64,000 nucleotides of DNA from contig JBAXIR010000001.1 of the NCBI GenBank assembly GCA_037138275.1, positions 9,916 to 73,915 on the forward strand. Reading direction: 5' to 3'. Under the pieces are notes generated by a model, which saw nothing but the letters and a program-made list of their open reading frames with translations, was not told the origin of the DNA and searched no databases. The stretch's first letter is position 1. The number at the start of each line of letters is the position of its first letter. Made by a program: the position numbers and the translations under genes. Shown here piece after piece: positions 42,382-54,908 of the stretch. Origin of the DNA: Mycobacteriaceae bacterium. GTDB taxonomy: Bacteria > Actinomycetota > Actinomycetes > Mycobacteriales > Mycobacteriaceae.

Positions 42382-44088
42382 CTACCCCGGAGATTGCGAG
42401 TAGCGGCCCGGGTTGAACAGCGAAGCGATTGCGCCGATCAGCATCATCGCGGCCGCGGCTCCGAACACGACCACAAGACCGGTGTGGAACGGCTCGGAGA
42501 TCAGTTGCGGGAAGAACGCCTGACCCGTCAAGACCTCGGCGTTGACTCCGGGCAGGGCCAGCCCGTTGGAGGGCGCCAGCAGTTCGGCCATCGGGTTATA
42601 GCCGAGGAAGGCGGCGAACAGACTTCCGACCGGCGGGGTATCGGCCACCTGGTGAGCCAGTGCCGCCGGAATGCCCTGCTGCTGCAGTCCACGGCTCATC
42701 GCATCGGGTAGGGAGTGCGCGAGTCCGGCGATCATGAGCGAGAAGAAGATCCCGATCGACAGTGATGCACCGGCATTGAAGAAGGTGGCGCGCACACCGG
42801 AGGCAGCTCCACGCTGGGCGGCCGGGACGCTACTCATGATCGCCGCGGTATTAGGCGCGGTGAAGATTCCGCCGCCGAGTCCGTTGAGGAAGATCAACCC
42901 CGCGAAGAGTAGATAGCTAAAATTAACCGGGATCATCACCAGGGCGACAAAAGAGAAGGCCGCCAACAGCATTCCGCCCACGGTGAACGGACGGGCGCCG
43001 TACCGGTCGGCAAGCGAGCCGGCCAACGGTCCGGCAATCAGATAGCCGGCAGTCATCGGCAGCATGTATATGCCCGCCCACAGCGGTGTGGACTCGAAGC
43101 TGTAGCCGTGCAACGGCAACCAGATGCCCTGCAGCCAGATGATGAGCATGAACTGCAAACCACCCCGGCCCACCGAGGCCATCAGACCGGCGAGGTTTCC
43201 CATCCCGAACGCCGCCGAGGAGAACAGTCGGACGTCGACCATCGGCTGGTCCACCCGACGCTCGATGACATAGAACGCCACGAGCAACAGCACACCGGCA
43301 CCGATCGCCCCGAGTACGACGGGGTTGGTCCAGCCGGTGCTGTGGTCGCCGTAGGGCTGGATACCGGAGGTGATCCCGACCAGCAGTACCGTCAGACCCA
43401 CGCCGAAGGTGATCGTGCCCGCCCAGTCGATCCGACCGGGTGTCCGCACCCCGACCTCGCGCAGCGAGCGCATGCTCCAGATGGTGCCGATGATTCCCAG
43501 CGGCACCCCAACCCAGAAGATGGCCTGCCAGTTGATCTCGGCCAGCACCCCGCCGATGAGCAGTCCGAGGAACGAACCGGCGACGGCGGCGACCATGTTG
43601 ACGCCCAGTGCCATGCCGCGCTGGGTGGCCGGGAAGGCGTCGGTGAGCACGGCGGAGGCGGTGGCCATCAGCATCGCACCCCCGACGCCCTGCACCACGC
43701 GCCATGCGATCAGCCAGATCGCACCGGCGTCGAGTCCGAACGGGTCGAAGGACAACGCGACCGCGGCGAGCGTGAACACGACGAACCCGAGGTTGTACAA
43801 CCGGACCCGGCCGTACATGTCACCGAGGCGACCGAAGGGAACCACCAGGACCGCGGTCACCACCAGATAGCCCATCAGCATCCAGAGCAGGTAACCGACG
43901 TTCGCCGGATGCAACGGGTTGAGGCCGATGCCGCGGAAGATGGCCGGCAGCGAGATCAGCACGATCGAGGCGTTGATGGTCGCCAGCAGGGTGCCCAGAG
44001 TCGTGTTGGACAGCACCACCCACTTGTAGCGGGGGTGCTCGTCGGAGGCCTCGGCAGCCGACATCCGCTGAAGTTGCGTCATCATCAT
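42382..44088 (-). CDS. MFS transporter (DHA2-like, 14 TM)
   Basis: GRLGDMYGRVR and GSLADRYGAR loop motifs; many TM helices. Confidence 0.92.
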   Translation of the reverse strand: MMMTQLQRMSAAEASDEHPRYKWVVLSNTTLGTLLATINASIVLISLPAIFRGIGLNPLHPANVGYLLWMLMGYLVVTAVLVVPFGRLGDMYGRVRLYNLGFVVFTLAAVALSFDPFGLDAGAIWLIAWRVVQGVGGAMLMATASAVLTDAFPATQRGMALGVNMVAAVAGSFLGLLIGGVLAEINWQAIFWVGVPLGIIGTIWSMRSLREVGVRTPGRIDWAGTITFGVGLTVLLVGITSGIQPYGDHSTGWTNPVVLGAIGAGVLLLVAFYVIERRVDQPMVDVRLFSSAAFGMGNLAGLMASVGRGGLQFMLIIWLQGIWLPLHGYSFESTPLWAGIYMLPMTAGYLIAGPLAGSLADRYGARPFTVGGMLLAAFSFVALVMIPVNFSYLLFAGLIFLNGLGGGIFTAPNTAAIMSSVPAAQRGAASGVRATFFNAGASLSIGIFFSLMIAGLAHSLPDAMSRGLQQQGIPAALAHQVADTPPVGSLFAAFLGYNPMAELLAPSNGLALPGVNAEVLTGQAFFPQLISEPFHTGLVVVFGAAAAMMLIGAIASLFNPGRYSQSPG

Positions 44089-44163
44089 CTCGTCGTCGCG
44101 GTGAACCCCTAACGACAAAAGCATATATTAGCTATGTAAATCGTTGGACGAGAGGAGTGCATC

Positions 44164-45000
44164 GTGAATTTCCTGCCGTTGCCGCAGGCGGGCCAGACCC
44201 CGGTACGGGTGCTCACCATCGCCGGGTCGGACTCCGGTGGCGGTGCCGGCCTGCAGGCCGATCTGCGCACCTTCGCCCTCTTGGGCGTGCACTCACTGGT
44301 CGCCGTCACCGCGGTGACGGTGCAGAACTCGTTGGGCGTCAACGGTTTCCATGAGATCCCCACCGATATCGTGGCCGGCCAGATCGAGGCGGTTGCGACC
44401 GATATCGGCATCCAGGCGGCCAAAACCGGAATGCTGGCATCCTCGGAGATCATCGAGGCCGTCGCAGACAGTTGGCGCGGCCTGGGACTGGCCGGCACGG
44501 TGCCCTTCGTCGTCGATCCGGTTTGCGCCTCGATGCACGGGGACCCGCTCCTGCATCCGTCGGCGCTGGAAACTCTGCGCACCCGGTTGTTCCCGCTGGC
44601 CAGTCTGGTCACACCCAACCTGGACGAGGTTCGACTGCTGGTGGGCATCGACGTCGTCGACGACGCGACCCAACGTGACGCCGCCCGGGCCCTGCACGAC
44701 CTCGGCCCGGCCTGGGCGCTGGTCAAGGGTGGCCACCTTCGTACCGCGTCGCACAGCACCGATCTGCTGTACGACGGCAGGGACTTTCACACCTTCGACG
44801 CGCCACGGGTGGACACCCGCCATGACCATGGCGCCGGCGACACCCTCGGTGCGGCTACCGCGTGCGCACTGGCGCACGGCTATTCGATGCCCGATGCGGT
44901 TGCGTTCGGCAAGGCCTGGGTGACCGAGTGCCTGCGCGCGGCCTACCAGATCGGACAGGGGCTGGGACCGGTCTCCGCGCTGTTCCGGCTGCAGGTGTGA
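44164..45000 (+). CDS. thiD: Hydroxymethylpyrimidine/phosphomethylpyrimidine kinase
   Basis: LTIAGSDSGGGAGLQAD, KTGML, VVDPV, HGAGD. Confidence 0.96.
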   Translation: MNFLPLPQAGQTPVRVLTIAGSDSGGGAGLQADLRTFALLGVHSLVAVTAVTVQNSLGVNGFHEIPTDIVAGQIEAVATDIGIQAAKTGMLASSEIIEAVADSWRGLGLAGTVPFVVDPVCASMHGDPLLHPSALETLRTRLFPLASLVTPNLDEVRLLVGIDVVDDATQRDAARALHDLGPAWALVKGGHLRTASHSTDLLYDGRDFHTFDAPRVDTRHDHGAGDTLGAATACALAHGYSMPDAVAFGKAWVTECLRAAYQIGQGLGPVSALFRLQV

Positions 45001-45671
45001 ACGATCACCTCGACGCGATGGCGGGCGTCGCGCACGCACCGGCGAACAGACCCGTCGGGGTGGTGGTGCTCACCCACGGCGCCGGCGGCAGCCGGGAGTC
45101 GCCACTGCTGATCGCGATCTGCGAGCAGTGGGCCGCGCGTGGCTGGCTGGCGATCCGGTACAACCTGCCCTACCGCCGACGTCGGGCCACCGGGCCGCCG
45201 TCCGGTTCTGCCGCCGCCGACCAGGCGGGCATCGTCGCGGCGATTACGTTGGCGTGCAGCATCATCGACTCGTTCGGCGGTGGGCCGGTGATCGCGGGCG
45301 GACATTCCTACGGCGGACGACTGACATCCATGGCGGTGGCGGAAGCGGACGGCCAGCACGACATCACTACGCTCACACTGTTCTCCTATCCGCTGCATCC
45401 GCCGGGCAAGCCGGATCGATTGCGCACCGAGCACTTCGGTGCGATCACGGTGCCCACGGTGTTCACCCACGGCACCGCCGACCCGTTCGGCAGCATCGCC
45501 GAACTGCGCGGCGCAGCCCGGCTCATCACGGCCCCAACGGAGATCGTCGAGATCACCGGTGCCCGACATGACCTCGCATCGAAGACACTCGATGTGCCCG
45601 CACTCGCCGTCGATGCGGCGCTGCGCCGCGGCGGTCTCGGCGACGGCGGGTCGGGTACCGTCGAAATATGA
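44997..45671 (+). CDS. Alpha/beta hydrolase (Rv0421c-like)
   Basis: LTHGAG, GGHSYGGR nucleophile, SYPLHPPGKP, GTADPFG. Confidence 0.88.
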   Translation: MNDHLDAMAGVAHAPANRPVGVVVLTHGAGGSRESPLLIAICEQWAARGWLAIRYNLPYRRRRATGPPSGSAAADQAGIVAAITLACSIIDSFGGGPVIAGGHSYGGRLTSMAVAEADGQHDITTLTLFSYPLHPPGKPDRLRTEHFGAITVPTVFTHGTADPFGSIAELRGAARLITAPTEIVEITGARHDLASKTLDVPALAVDAALRRGGLGDGGSGTVEI

Positions 45672-47155
45672 CCGCGCAACTGTTCGACGTGATCGTCGTC
45701 GGAGCCGGCTTCGGGGGTATCGGTGCGGCGATCCAGCTCAAGCGGCTGGGCTTCGAGAACTTCGTGCTCCTGGACCGCGAGGACGATCTCGGCGGCACCT
45801 GGTACGTCAACCACTATCCGGGCCTGACCGTGGATGTCCCGACCACCACCTACTCCTACTTCTTCGAGCCCAACCCCAACTGGTCGCGGGTGTACTCCAC
45901 GGGTGCGGAGATCAAGCAATACGCCGACGACGTCGCCAACAAGTACGGCATCCGGCGTCACATCCGGTTCAACACATCTGTCGAAGGCGCACGATGGGAC
46001 GCCGAGGCCGACCTCTGGCGGGTGGCGTTATCCGACGGCCAGACCCTGAGTACGCGGTACCTGATCACCGCGACCGGTTTCCTGTCCCAGCCGCACACCC
46101 CGGAGATTGCCGGCATCGGTGACTTCGACGGCACGGTGATCCACACCGCCGACTGGGATGACGACTTCGACCCCGCGGGCCGACGAATCGGCATCATCGG
46201 CACCGGCGCGACGGCTGTGCAGTTGATCCCGGAACTGGCCAGGCGGGCCGGTGAACTCACGGTGTATCAGCGCACACCGATCTGGGTGGTACCCAAGGTC
46301 GACATCCGTATCCCGCCGGCGGCCAAGCGATTGTTCGCCCGCGTGCCGATTACCCAGCGTGCGGTGCGCGCCGTCACCGACGCGATCTACGAGTTCTTCA
46401 TCTACGTGGGGTTGCACCACCGTCAGGCGCTGTTCCGCCGGCTGAATATCGGGGCGGCCGATCTGGCCAAGGTCCTGCGGAGAATCTCCATCCGGGACCC
46501 CGAGTTGCGCGCCAAACTGACTCCGGATTACGACCTGGGTTGTAAGCGGCCGACATTCTCCAACACCTACTACCGCACGTTCACCAAGCCCCATGTGCAC
46601 CTGCAGACCAGCGGGATCGAGCGGATCGAGTCAGACGGCATCGTGGCCGTCGACGGCACCAAGACGCACATCGACACCCTGGTACTGGCGACCGGATATG
46701 ACCTGTGGGAGGCCAACTTCCCGGCCATCGAGATCGTCGGCCGAGACGGACGCAATCTCGGCAAGTGGTGGCGGGAGAACAGGTTTCAGGCCTACCAGGG
46801 CGTCTCAGTCCCGTACTTCCCCAACTATCTCAGCCTGGCCAGTCCGTACGCGTTTCTGGGGTTGAACTTCTTCAACTCGATGGAATACCAGATGCGGCAT
46901 ATGGACCGGTTGTTCAGCGAGGTCAAGCGGCGCGGGGCGCACACGTTCGAGGTCACCGAAGAGGCCAACACCGCGTTCCTCGACGAGATGACCGAGAATA
47001 TCGGTAGCTCAGTATTCGCCGTGGGTAACTGCGCAACGTCGCGGTCCTATTATTTCAATCCGCACGGCGAGGCCACTCTGCTGCGCCCGATGACGACGCG
47101 CGCCGCCATCCAGGCGGCTGAGGAATTTCCCCTGACCGACTACAGCATCACCTAG
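45668..47155 (+). CDS. Flavin-containing monooxygenase (BVMO-type)
   Basis: GAGFGG, FDGTVIHTADW (FxGxxxHxxxW), GTGATA. Confidence 0.92.
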   Translation: MTAQLFDVIVVGAGFGGIGAAIQLKRLGFENFVLLDREDDLGGTWYVNHYPGLTVDVPTTTYSYFFEPNPNWSRVYSTGAEIKQYADDVANKYGIRRHIRFNTSVEGARWDAEADLWRVALSDGQTLSTRYLITATGFLSQPHTPEIAGIGDFDGTVIHTADWDDDFDPAGRRIGIIGTGATAVQLIPELARRAGELTVYQRTPIWVVPKVDIRIPPAAKRLFARVPITQRAVRAVTDAIYEFFIYVGLHHRQALFRRLNIGAADLAKVLRRISIRDPELRAKLTPDYDLGCKRPTFSNTYYRTFTKPHVHLQTSGIERIESDGIVAVDGTKTHIDTLVLATGYDLWEANFPAIEIVGRDGRNLGKWWRENRFQAYQGVSVPYFPNYLSLASPYAFLGLNFFNSMEYQMRHMDRLFSEVKRRGAHTFEVTEEANTAFLDEMTENIGSSVFAVGNCATSRSYYFNPHGEATLLRPMTTRAAIQAAEEFPLTDYSIT

Positions 47156-47185
47156 ACCGAACCACTAACGCGAAGGAGTTCGCCC

Positions 47186-47443
47186 ATGGCAGCACGCATC
47201 GGGATTGTGGGGGCGGTAATGGCCGCCGTCGGACTGTCCCATTTCGCACGGCCGCAGGCCTACGAGTCGATCACCTCGGCGGCGTTCAGTGACAACATCC
47301 GCCGGCACACCTACATCGACGGCGGAATCGAGACCGCAATCGGTGCCGGTCTGATCGCGCCCAAGACCCGGAAGCTGGCCCTGGCCGGGCTGGTCGGCTA
47401 CGCCATCTACCTGGGGGCCAACGTGGCCCGCAACCGCCGCTGA
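47186..47443 (+). CDS. Small membrane protein (DoxX-like)
   Basis: GLSHFARP...GGIETAIGAGL pattern; AAGGAG RBS. Confidence 0.65.
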   Translation: MAARIGIVGAVMAAVGLSHFARPQAYESITSAAFSDNIRRHTYIDGGIETAIGAGLIAPKTRKLALAGLVGYAIYLGANVARNRR

Positions 47444-48648
47444 ACCACCCCGAACTGGCGCGCCGCCTCGGCGTGGCCGACGCCGTCATCATCGGACTCG
47501 GGTCGATGATCGGGGCCGGGGTGTTCGTGGTGTTCGCCCCTGCGGCGGCGGCCGCGGGTTCGGCACTGTTGATCTCCCTGGCGGTGGCCGCCGCGGTCGC
47601 GTACTGCAACGCGACGTCCTCGGCACGACTGGCCGCCCGCTACCCGCAGTCCGGCGGCACCTACGTCTACGGCCGCGAACGCCTCGGCGAGTTCTGGGGC
47701 TATCTGGCCGGCTGGAGTTTCGTCGTCGGCAAGACGGCATCGTGCGCCGCGATGGCGCTGACCGTCGGGCTGTATCTCTGGCCCGCCCACGCCCACGGTG
47801 TCGCCGTCGCGGCGGTGGTGGCGCTCACCGCGGTCAACTACCGGGGAATCCAGAAGTCCGCGTTCCTCACCCGACTGATCGTCGCCGGCGTCCTCGCGAT
47901 ACTGGCCGGCGTGGTCGCGACGGTCGCCGTCTCCGGCCATGCCGATCGGATCACCCTGACCGGCGGCAGCGTGAGCGGTGTGCTGCAGGCGGCCGGATTG
48001 CTGTTCTTCGCCTTCGCCGGATACGCGCGTATCGCCACCCTGGGCGAAGAGGTGCGCGATCCGGCCCGCACCATCCCGAGGGCCATCCCGATCGCGCTGG
48101 GCATCACGCTGGCGGTGTACGCGACCATTGCGGTGACGTTGCTGGCCATCCTTGGTCCCGCGCAATTAGCCACTGCCACAGCACCATTGGCTGATGCGGT
48201 CCGCGCCGCCGGAGCGGGCGGGTTAGAGCCCGCGGTGCGCGCCGGCGCAGTCCTTGCGGCACTCGGATCCCTATTGTCGCTGATCCTCGGAGTGTCGAGG
48301 ACGACGTTGGCGATGGCCCGCGACGCACACCTGCCGACCGCGTTGGCGGCGGTACATCCGAGGTTCGGTGTTCCGCACCGGGCTGAGATGGCGGTGGGCG
48401 TCGTCGTCGCGGTGGTGGCGGCGGTGGCCGACGTCCGCTCAGCAATCGGCTTCTCGTCGTTCGCCGTGCTGGTGTATTACGGGATCGCCAACGCCTCGGC
48501 CGCAACCCTCGGCCGCCGTGTGGTGCCGGCAGTGGGTCTCGCCGGATGCCTGCTGCTGGCGATCTTTCTGCCAGTCGCGTCGGTGCTGTCCGGCACCGCG
48601 GTGCTGGCCTCAGGCGCGGCGATCTATGCGGTGCGCCGACTGCGGTAG
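47440..48648 (+). CDS. APC family amino acid permease
   Basis: DAVIIGLGSMIGAG, FFAFAGY, EEVRDPAR. Homology extends upstream of GTG 47473 to a CTG at 47440. Confidence 0.9.
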   Translation: MNHPELARRLGVADAVIIGLGSMIGAGVFVVFAPAAAAAGSALLISLAVAAAVAYCNATSSARLAARYPQSGGTYVYGRERLGEFWGYLAGWSFVVGKTASCAAMALTVGLYLWPAHAHGVAVAAVVALTAVNYRGIQKSAFLTRLIVAGVLAILAGVVATVAVSGHADRITLTGGSVSGVLQAAGLLFFAFAGYARIATLGEEVRDPARTIPRAIPIALGITLAVYATIAVTLLAILGPAQLATATAPLADAVRAAGAGGLEPAVRAGAVLAALGSLLSLILGVSRTTLAMARDAHLPTALAAVHPRFGVPHRAEMAVGVVVAVVAAVADVRSAIGFSSFAVLVYYGIANASAATLGRRVVPAVGLAGCLLLAIFLPVASVLSGTAVLASGAAIYAVRRLR

Positions 48649-50315
48649 GCCTGCACCGCGGTGGGCAGGGTCGGGAAGATGTGGTCCTCGCCGATGGTGT
48701 CGAGAAGTCCCGCGGCATCGAGGGCAACGCGCAGATGCCAGGTGACACGCGCCATCGCGAAGACGATCCCGCGCCGGGTGAGATCCCGGCGCAGTTGGTC
48801 GACGGCATCGAGTGCGGTGAGGTCCACTTCGACATTGGCCTCGGCGTTGAGCACGAACCACCGCACGGGATCCGGATTCGCGTCAACCGCCGCCATCGCA
48901 CGCGTGCGGAAATCCTCGGCGTTGGCGAAGAACAGTGGCGCGTCGTAGCGGTAGACCAGCAGCCCGGGTTCCAGTTGAGCTTGCGGATAGTCCGCTATGT
49001 CGTGCATGCCCGCAACCCCCGGCACGAAGCCCAGCACGCTGTCGTGTGGGCGGGCGACGCGGCGCAGCAGATCCAGAATCGACAACCCCACCGCGGCGAG
49101 CACGCCATACAGAACGCCGAATATCAACACCGCGCATGCCGTGAGTAGTGCGAGGATCAACTCGCTGCGCCGGAACTTCGCCAGCCGCCGGAAGGCCGCG
49201 ATGTCGATGAGCCGCACCGCCGCGTACACCACCATCGCGCCCAGTGCGGCCGTCGGGAAGGTGGCCAGCAGTCCGTGGGCGAAGAGCATGACGGCCAGCA
49301 GCAGACTCAGCGCCACCAGGGAGTACATCTGGGTGCGGGCACCCGCCAATTCGCCGAGCGCGGTGCGGCTCGCACTGCTGCTGACCGGAAAGCCATGGCA
49401 CACAGCGGATCCCATGTTGCACAGGCCGAGTGCCCGCAATTCGGCGTTGGCGTCGATGGTCTCGCCCTTTCGGGCGGCGAACACCCGGGCGTTGAGCACG
49501 CTGTCGGAGAATGCGACGAGTGCCACGCCGCCGGATGCCGCAGCCAGAGTCGCGAGATCAGACAGCGGCACGCTGCTGAGTCCGACCGGGGGCAAGCCCT
49601 CCGGCACGGCGCCGATGACCCCGATGCCATGCCGGTCCAGTGAGAACACGGCCACCGCCGCGGATGCGAGCGCTACCGCGATGAACGGCCCGGGTGCGCG
49701 CGGCACGATCCGTGCCAGTACGAGTAGCGCAGCAAGCACCGCGGCTGACAGCGCCAGGGTGGGCCAGTGCACGTTCGGCAGGGCGTGGGCCAACGAGCGC
49801 ACCTCTGCGATGAAGCCGTCGCCGGTGACGGTCGTGCCGGTCAACCTACCCAGCTGTCCCGCGACCATGATCAGCGCGACGCCGGCCATATAACCGATCA
49901 GAACCGGCCGGGACAGCAGATCGGCGATGAATCCGAGCCGCAACAACCCGGCGGCGACACAGAGCACCCCGACCAGGCCGGCCAGTGCCGCGGCCAACAT
50001 CGCGTAACGGCCGCTGTCCCCGGCAGCCAGTGGCGCCAGTGCGCTCGCCGTCATCAACGCGGTGGAGGACTCCGGGCCGGCCGATAGATAACGCGACGAT
50101 CCCAACACGGCATAGATCAGCAGGGGCAGTAGCGACGCCCACAACCCAGCGACCGGCGCCAGCCCCGCCAGCGTGGCGTAGGCCATCCCCTGCGGAACCA
50201 GGTAGGCCGCAACGGTCAGGCCGGCCATCACATCCCCGCGCAGCCAGGACCGCCGGTAGCCGCGAAACTGGGCCAGCCCGGGTGCGGCCGCGGCCCAGCC
50301 CGGGCGCAGGTTCAC
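48624..50315 (-). CDS. SulP family anion transporter with STAS domain (Rv1739c-like)
   Basis: GDVMAGLTV-PQGMAYA, GPES, SSASRT, LFFANAE, DLTALD. Confidence 0.93.
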   Translation of the reverse strand: MNLRPGWAAAAPGLAQFRGYRRSWLRGDVMAGLTVAAYLVPQGMAYATLAGLAPVAGLWASLLPLLIYAVLGSSRYLSAGPESSTALMTASALAPLAAGDSGRYAMLAAALAGLVGVLCVAAGLLRLGFIADLLSRPVLIGYMAGVALIMVAGQLGRLTGTTVTGDGFIAEVRSLAHALPNVHWPTLALSAAVLAALLVLARIVPRAPGPFIAVALASAAVAVFSLDRHGIGVIGAVPEGLPPVGLSSVPLSDLATLAAASGGVALVAFSDSVLNARVFAARKGETIDANAELRALGLCNMGSAVCHGFPVSSSASRTALGELAGARTQMYSLVALSLLLAVMLFAHGLLATFPTAALGAMVVYAAVRLIDIAAFRRLAKFRRSELILALLTACAVLIFGVLYGVLAAVGLSILDLLRRVARPHDSVLGFVPGVAGMHDIADYPQAQLEPGLLVYRYDAPLFFANAEDFRTRAMAAVDANPDPVRWFVLNAEANVEVDLTALDAVDQLRRDLTRRGIVFAMARVTWHLRVALDAAGLLDTIGEDHIFPTLPTAVQAYRSRRTA

Positions 50316-51799
50316 GGCTCGGTGATGACGTGGCGGGTGCGGTCGGCGCGCGTGGGCATTCCGTTTCGGCCGGCGAGATCCTGGGCGTACACGCCGACGA
50401 CGTAGGCGACGCCGCCGCCGTTGATACCCAACGCGGTCTCGTCAACGTGGTCGAGGGTGTCGGTGGCCCGGTGGTAGTTCGGGTCGAACGGCGCGTCAGC
50501 CTCCCCGCCCCACAGTTGGGCCTGCTCGGCGGTCATCTTCTCCTCGGCGCCGCTGAACAATCCCCCGGACGGGATACCGGCCATGGTGAAACCGTCGTAG
50601 TCCGAACGGCCGTCGAAGGAGGTGTCCTGCGCGGTCTTGCCGACTGACGTCAGATACGCGACCAGGGTCCGTTCGATCCCGGGCGATCCCTCCGGCACCC
50701 GGGGCGGGCCCTGCCCGGCCTCAAGTGCGGTCGACTGGTCGCCGTCGTAGGTGAAGTATCCCGGATTCGGTGAACCGATCATGTCGAAATTCAGATAGAG
50801 CGCAATGTCTTTGAGCTGATCGACATTGAGCGATTCGATGTACTTCTTCGAACCGACGATGCCGAGTTCCTCGGCACCCCAGAAGCCGAATCGGACAGCG
50901 TGCTTCACGTTCGGCGCGCTGCCGAGTTGCACGGCCGTCTCCAACACCGCCGCCACCCCGGAGCCGTTGTCGTTGATGCCCGGGCCGGCCGCGACGCTGT
51001 CGAGATGGGCGCCCACCATCACCACGTCCCCGGTGGCGCCGGTCCTGGTCTGGGCTATCACATTGCGGGCAGTGATCGTCTTGGTATCGGCGACAAGTTT
51101 GACGGTGGTCAGCCCCGGTTGCGCCCGTAGCCGGGCGCCGTCGGCCTTGCTCACACTGATCACCGGGATCGTCGCGTCGCTGTTATCGCCGAGGGTGCCG
51201 CCCATCTTCTCCTCGTCGACGTTATTGGCGACGACCATCGCGACGGCTCCGAGTCTGGCTGCGATACCAAGTTTCTCGACGAACGGGCAGCTGCCGCGAT
51301 CGACCAGCACCACCGAACCCTTGACCGGCAGACCGTCGTAGTCCGCGGGTGCGCAACCTGGCGTCTCGTCTGCGGGTGCGGCGACCAGGGGTCCGCTGAC
51401 ACCGGGGCTGCCGGCACTGTATTCCAGCGCGCGCGCGTCGATCGCGGCTCCACCCACCGTCAGTTCCGGCTTCTCGGTGGTGAAGACGCGGGTCTGAAAC
51501 TCCGGGGTCTGCACGTCGAATCCCCTGTCGCGCAACACCCCCGCGACGAAATCGACGCTGGCGTCATAACCCGGGGTGCCGACCGCGCGAGTGCCGTCGT
51601 GGCCGTCGGCGATGGTCTGCAGTGTGGTGAGGTGCGCCACCATCGCATCGGTGGTCACCCGATGGCGCAGGGATTCGCCGAATTCTGCTGCCGGCGTGCC
51701 GCCCAGCACCGGTTGCGCGGTGTCGGCCGTGCGGACACAGCCGAGTGCGAGCGCCGAAACAACAGCCACCACGGCCGCCGTTGGCCATACCCGAATCAC
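50312..51799 (-). CDS. M28 family lipoprotein aminopeptidase (LpqL-like)
   Basis: Lipobox ALGC, PA domain, GAHLDS, GINDNGSG, AEELG, RSDY. Confidence 0.92.
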   Translation of the reverse strand: MIRVWPTAAVVAVVSALALGCVRTADTAQPVLGGTPAAEFGESLRHRVTTDAMVAHLTTLQTIADGHDGTRAVGTPGYDASVDFVAGVLRDRGFDVQTPEFQTRVFTTEKPELTVGGAAIDARALEYSAGSPGVSGPLVAAPADETPGCAPADYDGLPVKGSVVLVDRGSCPFVEKLGIAARLGAVAMVVANNVDEEKMGGTLGDNSDATIPVISVSKADGARLRAQPGLTTVKLVADTKTITARNVIAQTRTGATGDVVMVGAHLDSVAAGPGINDNGSGVAAVLETAVQLGSAPNVKHAVRFGFWGAEELGIVGSKKYIESLNVDQLKDIALYLNFDMIGSPNPGYFTYDGDQSTALEAGQGPPRVPEGSPGIERTLVAYLTSVGKTAQDTSFDGRSDYDGFTMAGIPSGGLFSGAEEKMTAEQAQLWGGEADAPFDPNYHRATDTLDHVDETALGINGGGVAYVVGVYAQDLAGRNGMPTRADRTRHVITEP

Positions 51800-51837
51800 G
51801 TCACCCAGGTTAGTCGCTTGCGGCTACCCTTCAGCCG

Positions 51838-53741
<1,904 letters not shown>

Positions 53742-53745
<4 letters not shown>

Positions 53746-54764
53746 GGCGCGACCCCGACCAGTAACTCGGCGACGATTCGCTCGGCCGTCCACGGCGCCA
53801 GCAGGAATCCGGACCGGCCGTGGCCGGTGGCAACCAGAGTGCGCTCATCGAGGCGGCCGACGATCGGCATGTTGTCCGGTGTCATCGGTCGCAGGCCGGC
53901 CGCGGACTCGGCCAACTCGTACTCGCCGAGTCCGGGCAGCACCGCGCAGGCGTCGTCGAGCAGTTCTCGCACACCGGCCACCGACGGCGCGGTATCGCGA
54001 CCGTGTTCATACTGGGTGGCGCCGACCACCACACCGTCGTCGCGCGGCACCAGGTAGACCGCACGTCCGTGCACTCGGGCACGAATCACCCTCTGCGGCA
54101 ACGGCATACAGCCGCGGCGCCACCGCAGCCGCAGTACCTCACCCTTGACCGGGCGGACCTGCAGGCCGGGCCAGAGTGTGGGCGCGTCGATCCCGTTGGC
54201 GATCACCACGGAGTTGACGCCCGCGCGGGCATCATCGAGGCACCCCACCGGTCCGGCCCACCGCACGCCGAGGATGCCGCACTGCTGTTCCAGCGCCTCG
54301 ACAAGCCTGCGGTTGTCGACGGCCAGTTCGCCGACTGCCCGGAACCCGTGCCGGATGCCCTGGGCCAGAAGCGGTTCGACATCCCGCGCGGAGTTGGTCA
54401 TGGTGACCGGATGGCCCTGTTCGGCCAGCCAGTGGCCGACCGTCTGCAGATCAGCGGCGTCGGCGCGGTCGACCGCGACCACCAGGGACTCCCGCGCCGT
54501 CACGACATCGGTCGGCAACCCGTCCAGGAAACCGCCCGGGCCCGTCTCATGCCACAGCCGCAACGACTCAAGACCGATGGCGAGCAACTGCTCCTCCCCC
54601 GGCCAGGCCTCACTGTGCGGGGCCAGCATGCCGCCGGCCACCCACGAGGCGCCGCGCCGGTCGTCGGAGTGCAGGCGCACCGTCAACCCGGCCAGGGCGG
54701 CGCGCCGGGCCACCGAAAGGCCGATGACGCCGCCTCCGATGACGGCCAGCGATTCACCTGACAT
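53742..54764 (-). CDS. thiO: Glycine oxidase
   Basis: GGGVIG, AGGMLAP, PVKGE, GLRP, GHGRSG. Confidence 0.96.
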
Positions 54765-54783
54765 GATCCTCGACAATTCCCTT

Positions 54784-54876
54784 TCGCTTCCTTCGCCGGC
54801 ATGACCCGGATCAGGTTGTGACGGTCTGGGCTGTTGGCAAGCCCACTCTCAGCCCCCGCTCCCGGGACTCCCGTGT
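54784..54876 (-). ncRNA. TPP riboswitch upstream of thiO-thiS-thiG
   Basis: Minus strand contains GGGGCTGAGA ... ACCTGATCCGGGTCATGCCGGCGAAGGAAG, the hallmark TPP aptamer motifs. Ends approximate. Confidence 0.95.
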
Positions 54877-54908
54877 GTGCCCACAACGCTAGCCGCTACC
54901 GTCGCGGT

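Noticed and set aside
44110-44145. AT-rich tract ATATATTAGCTATGTAAAT as a MarR operator
   Set aside because: Dyad symmetry beyond TAGCTA is poor and there is no adjacent regulator; more likely promoter sequence.
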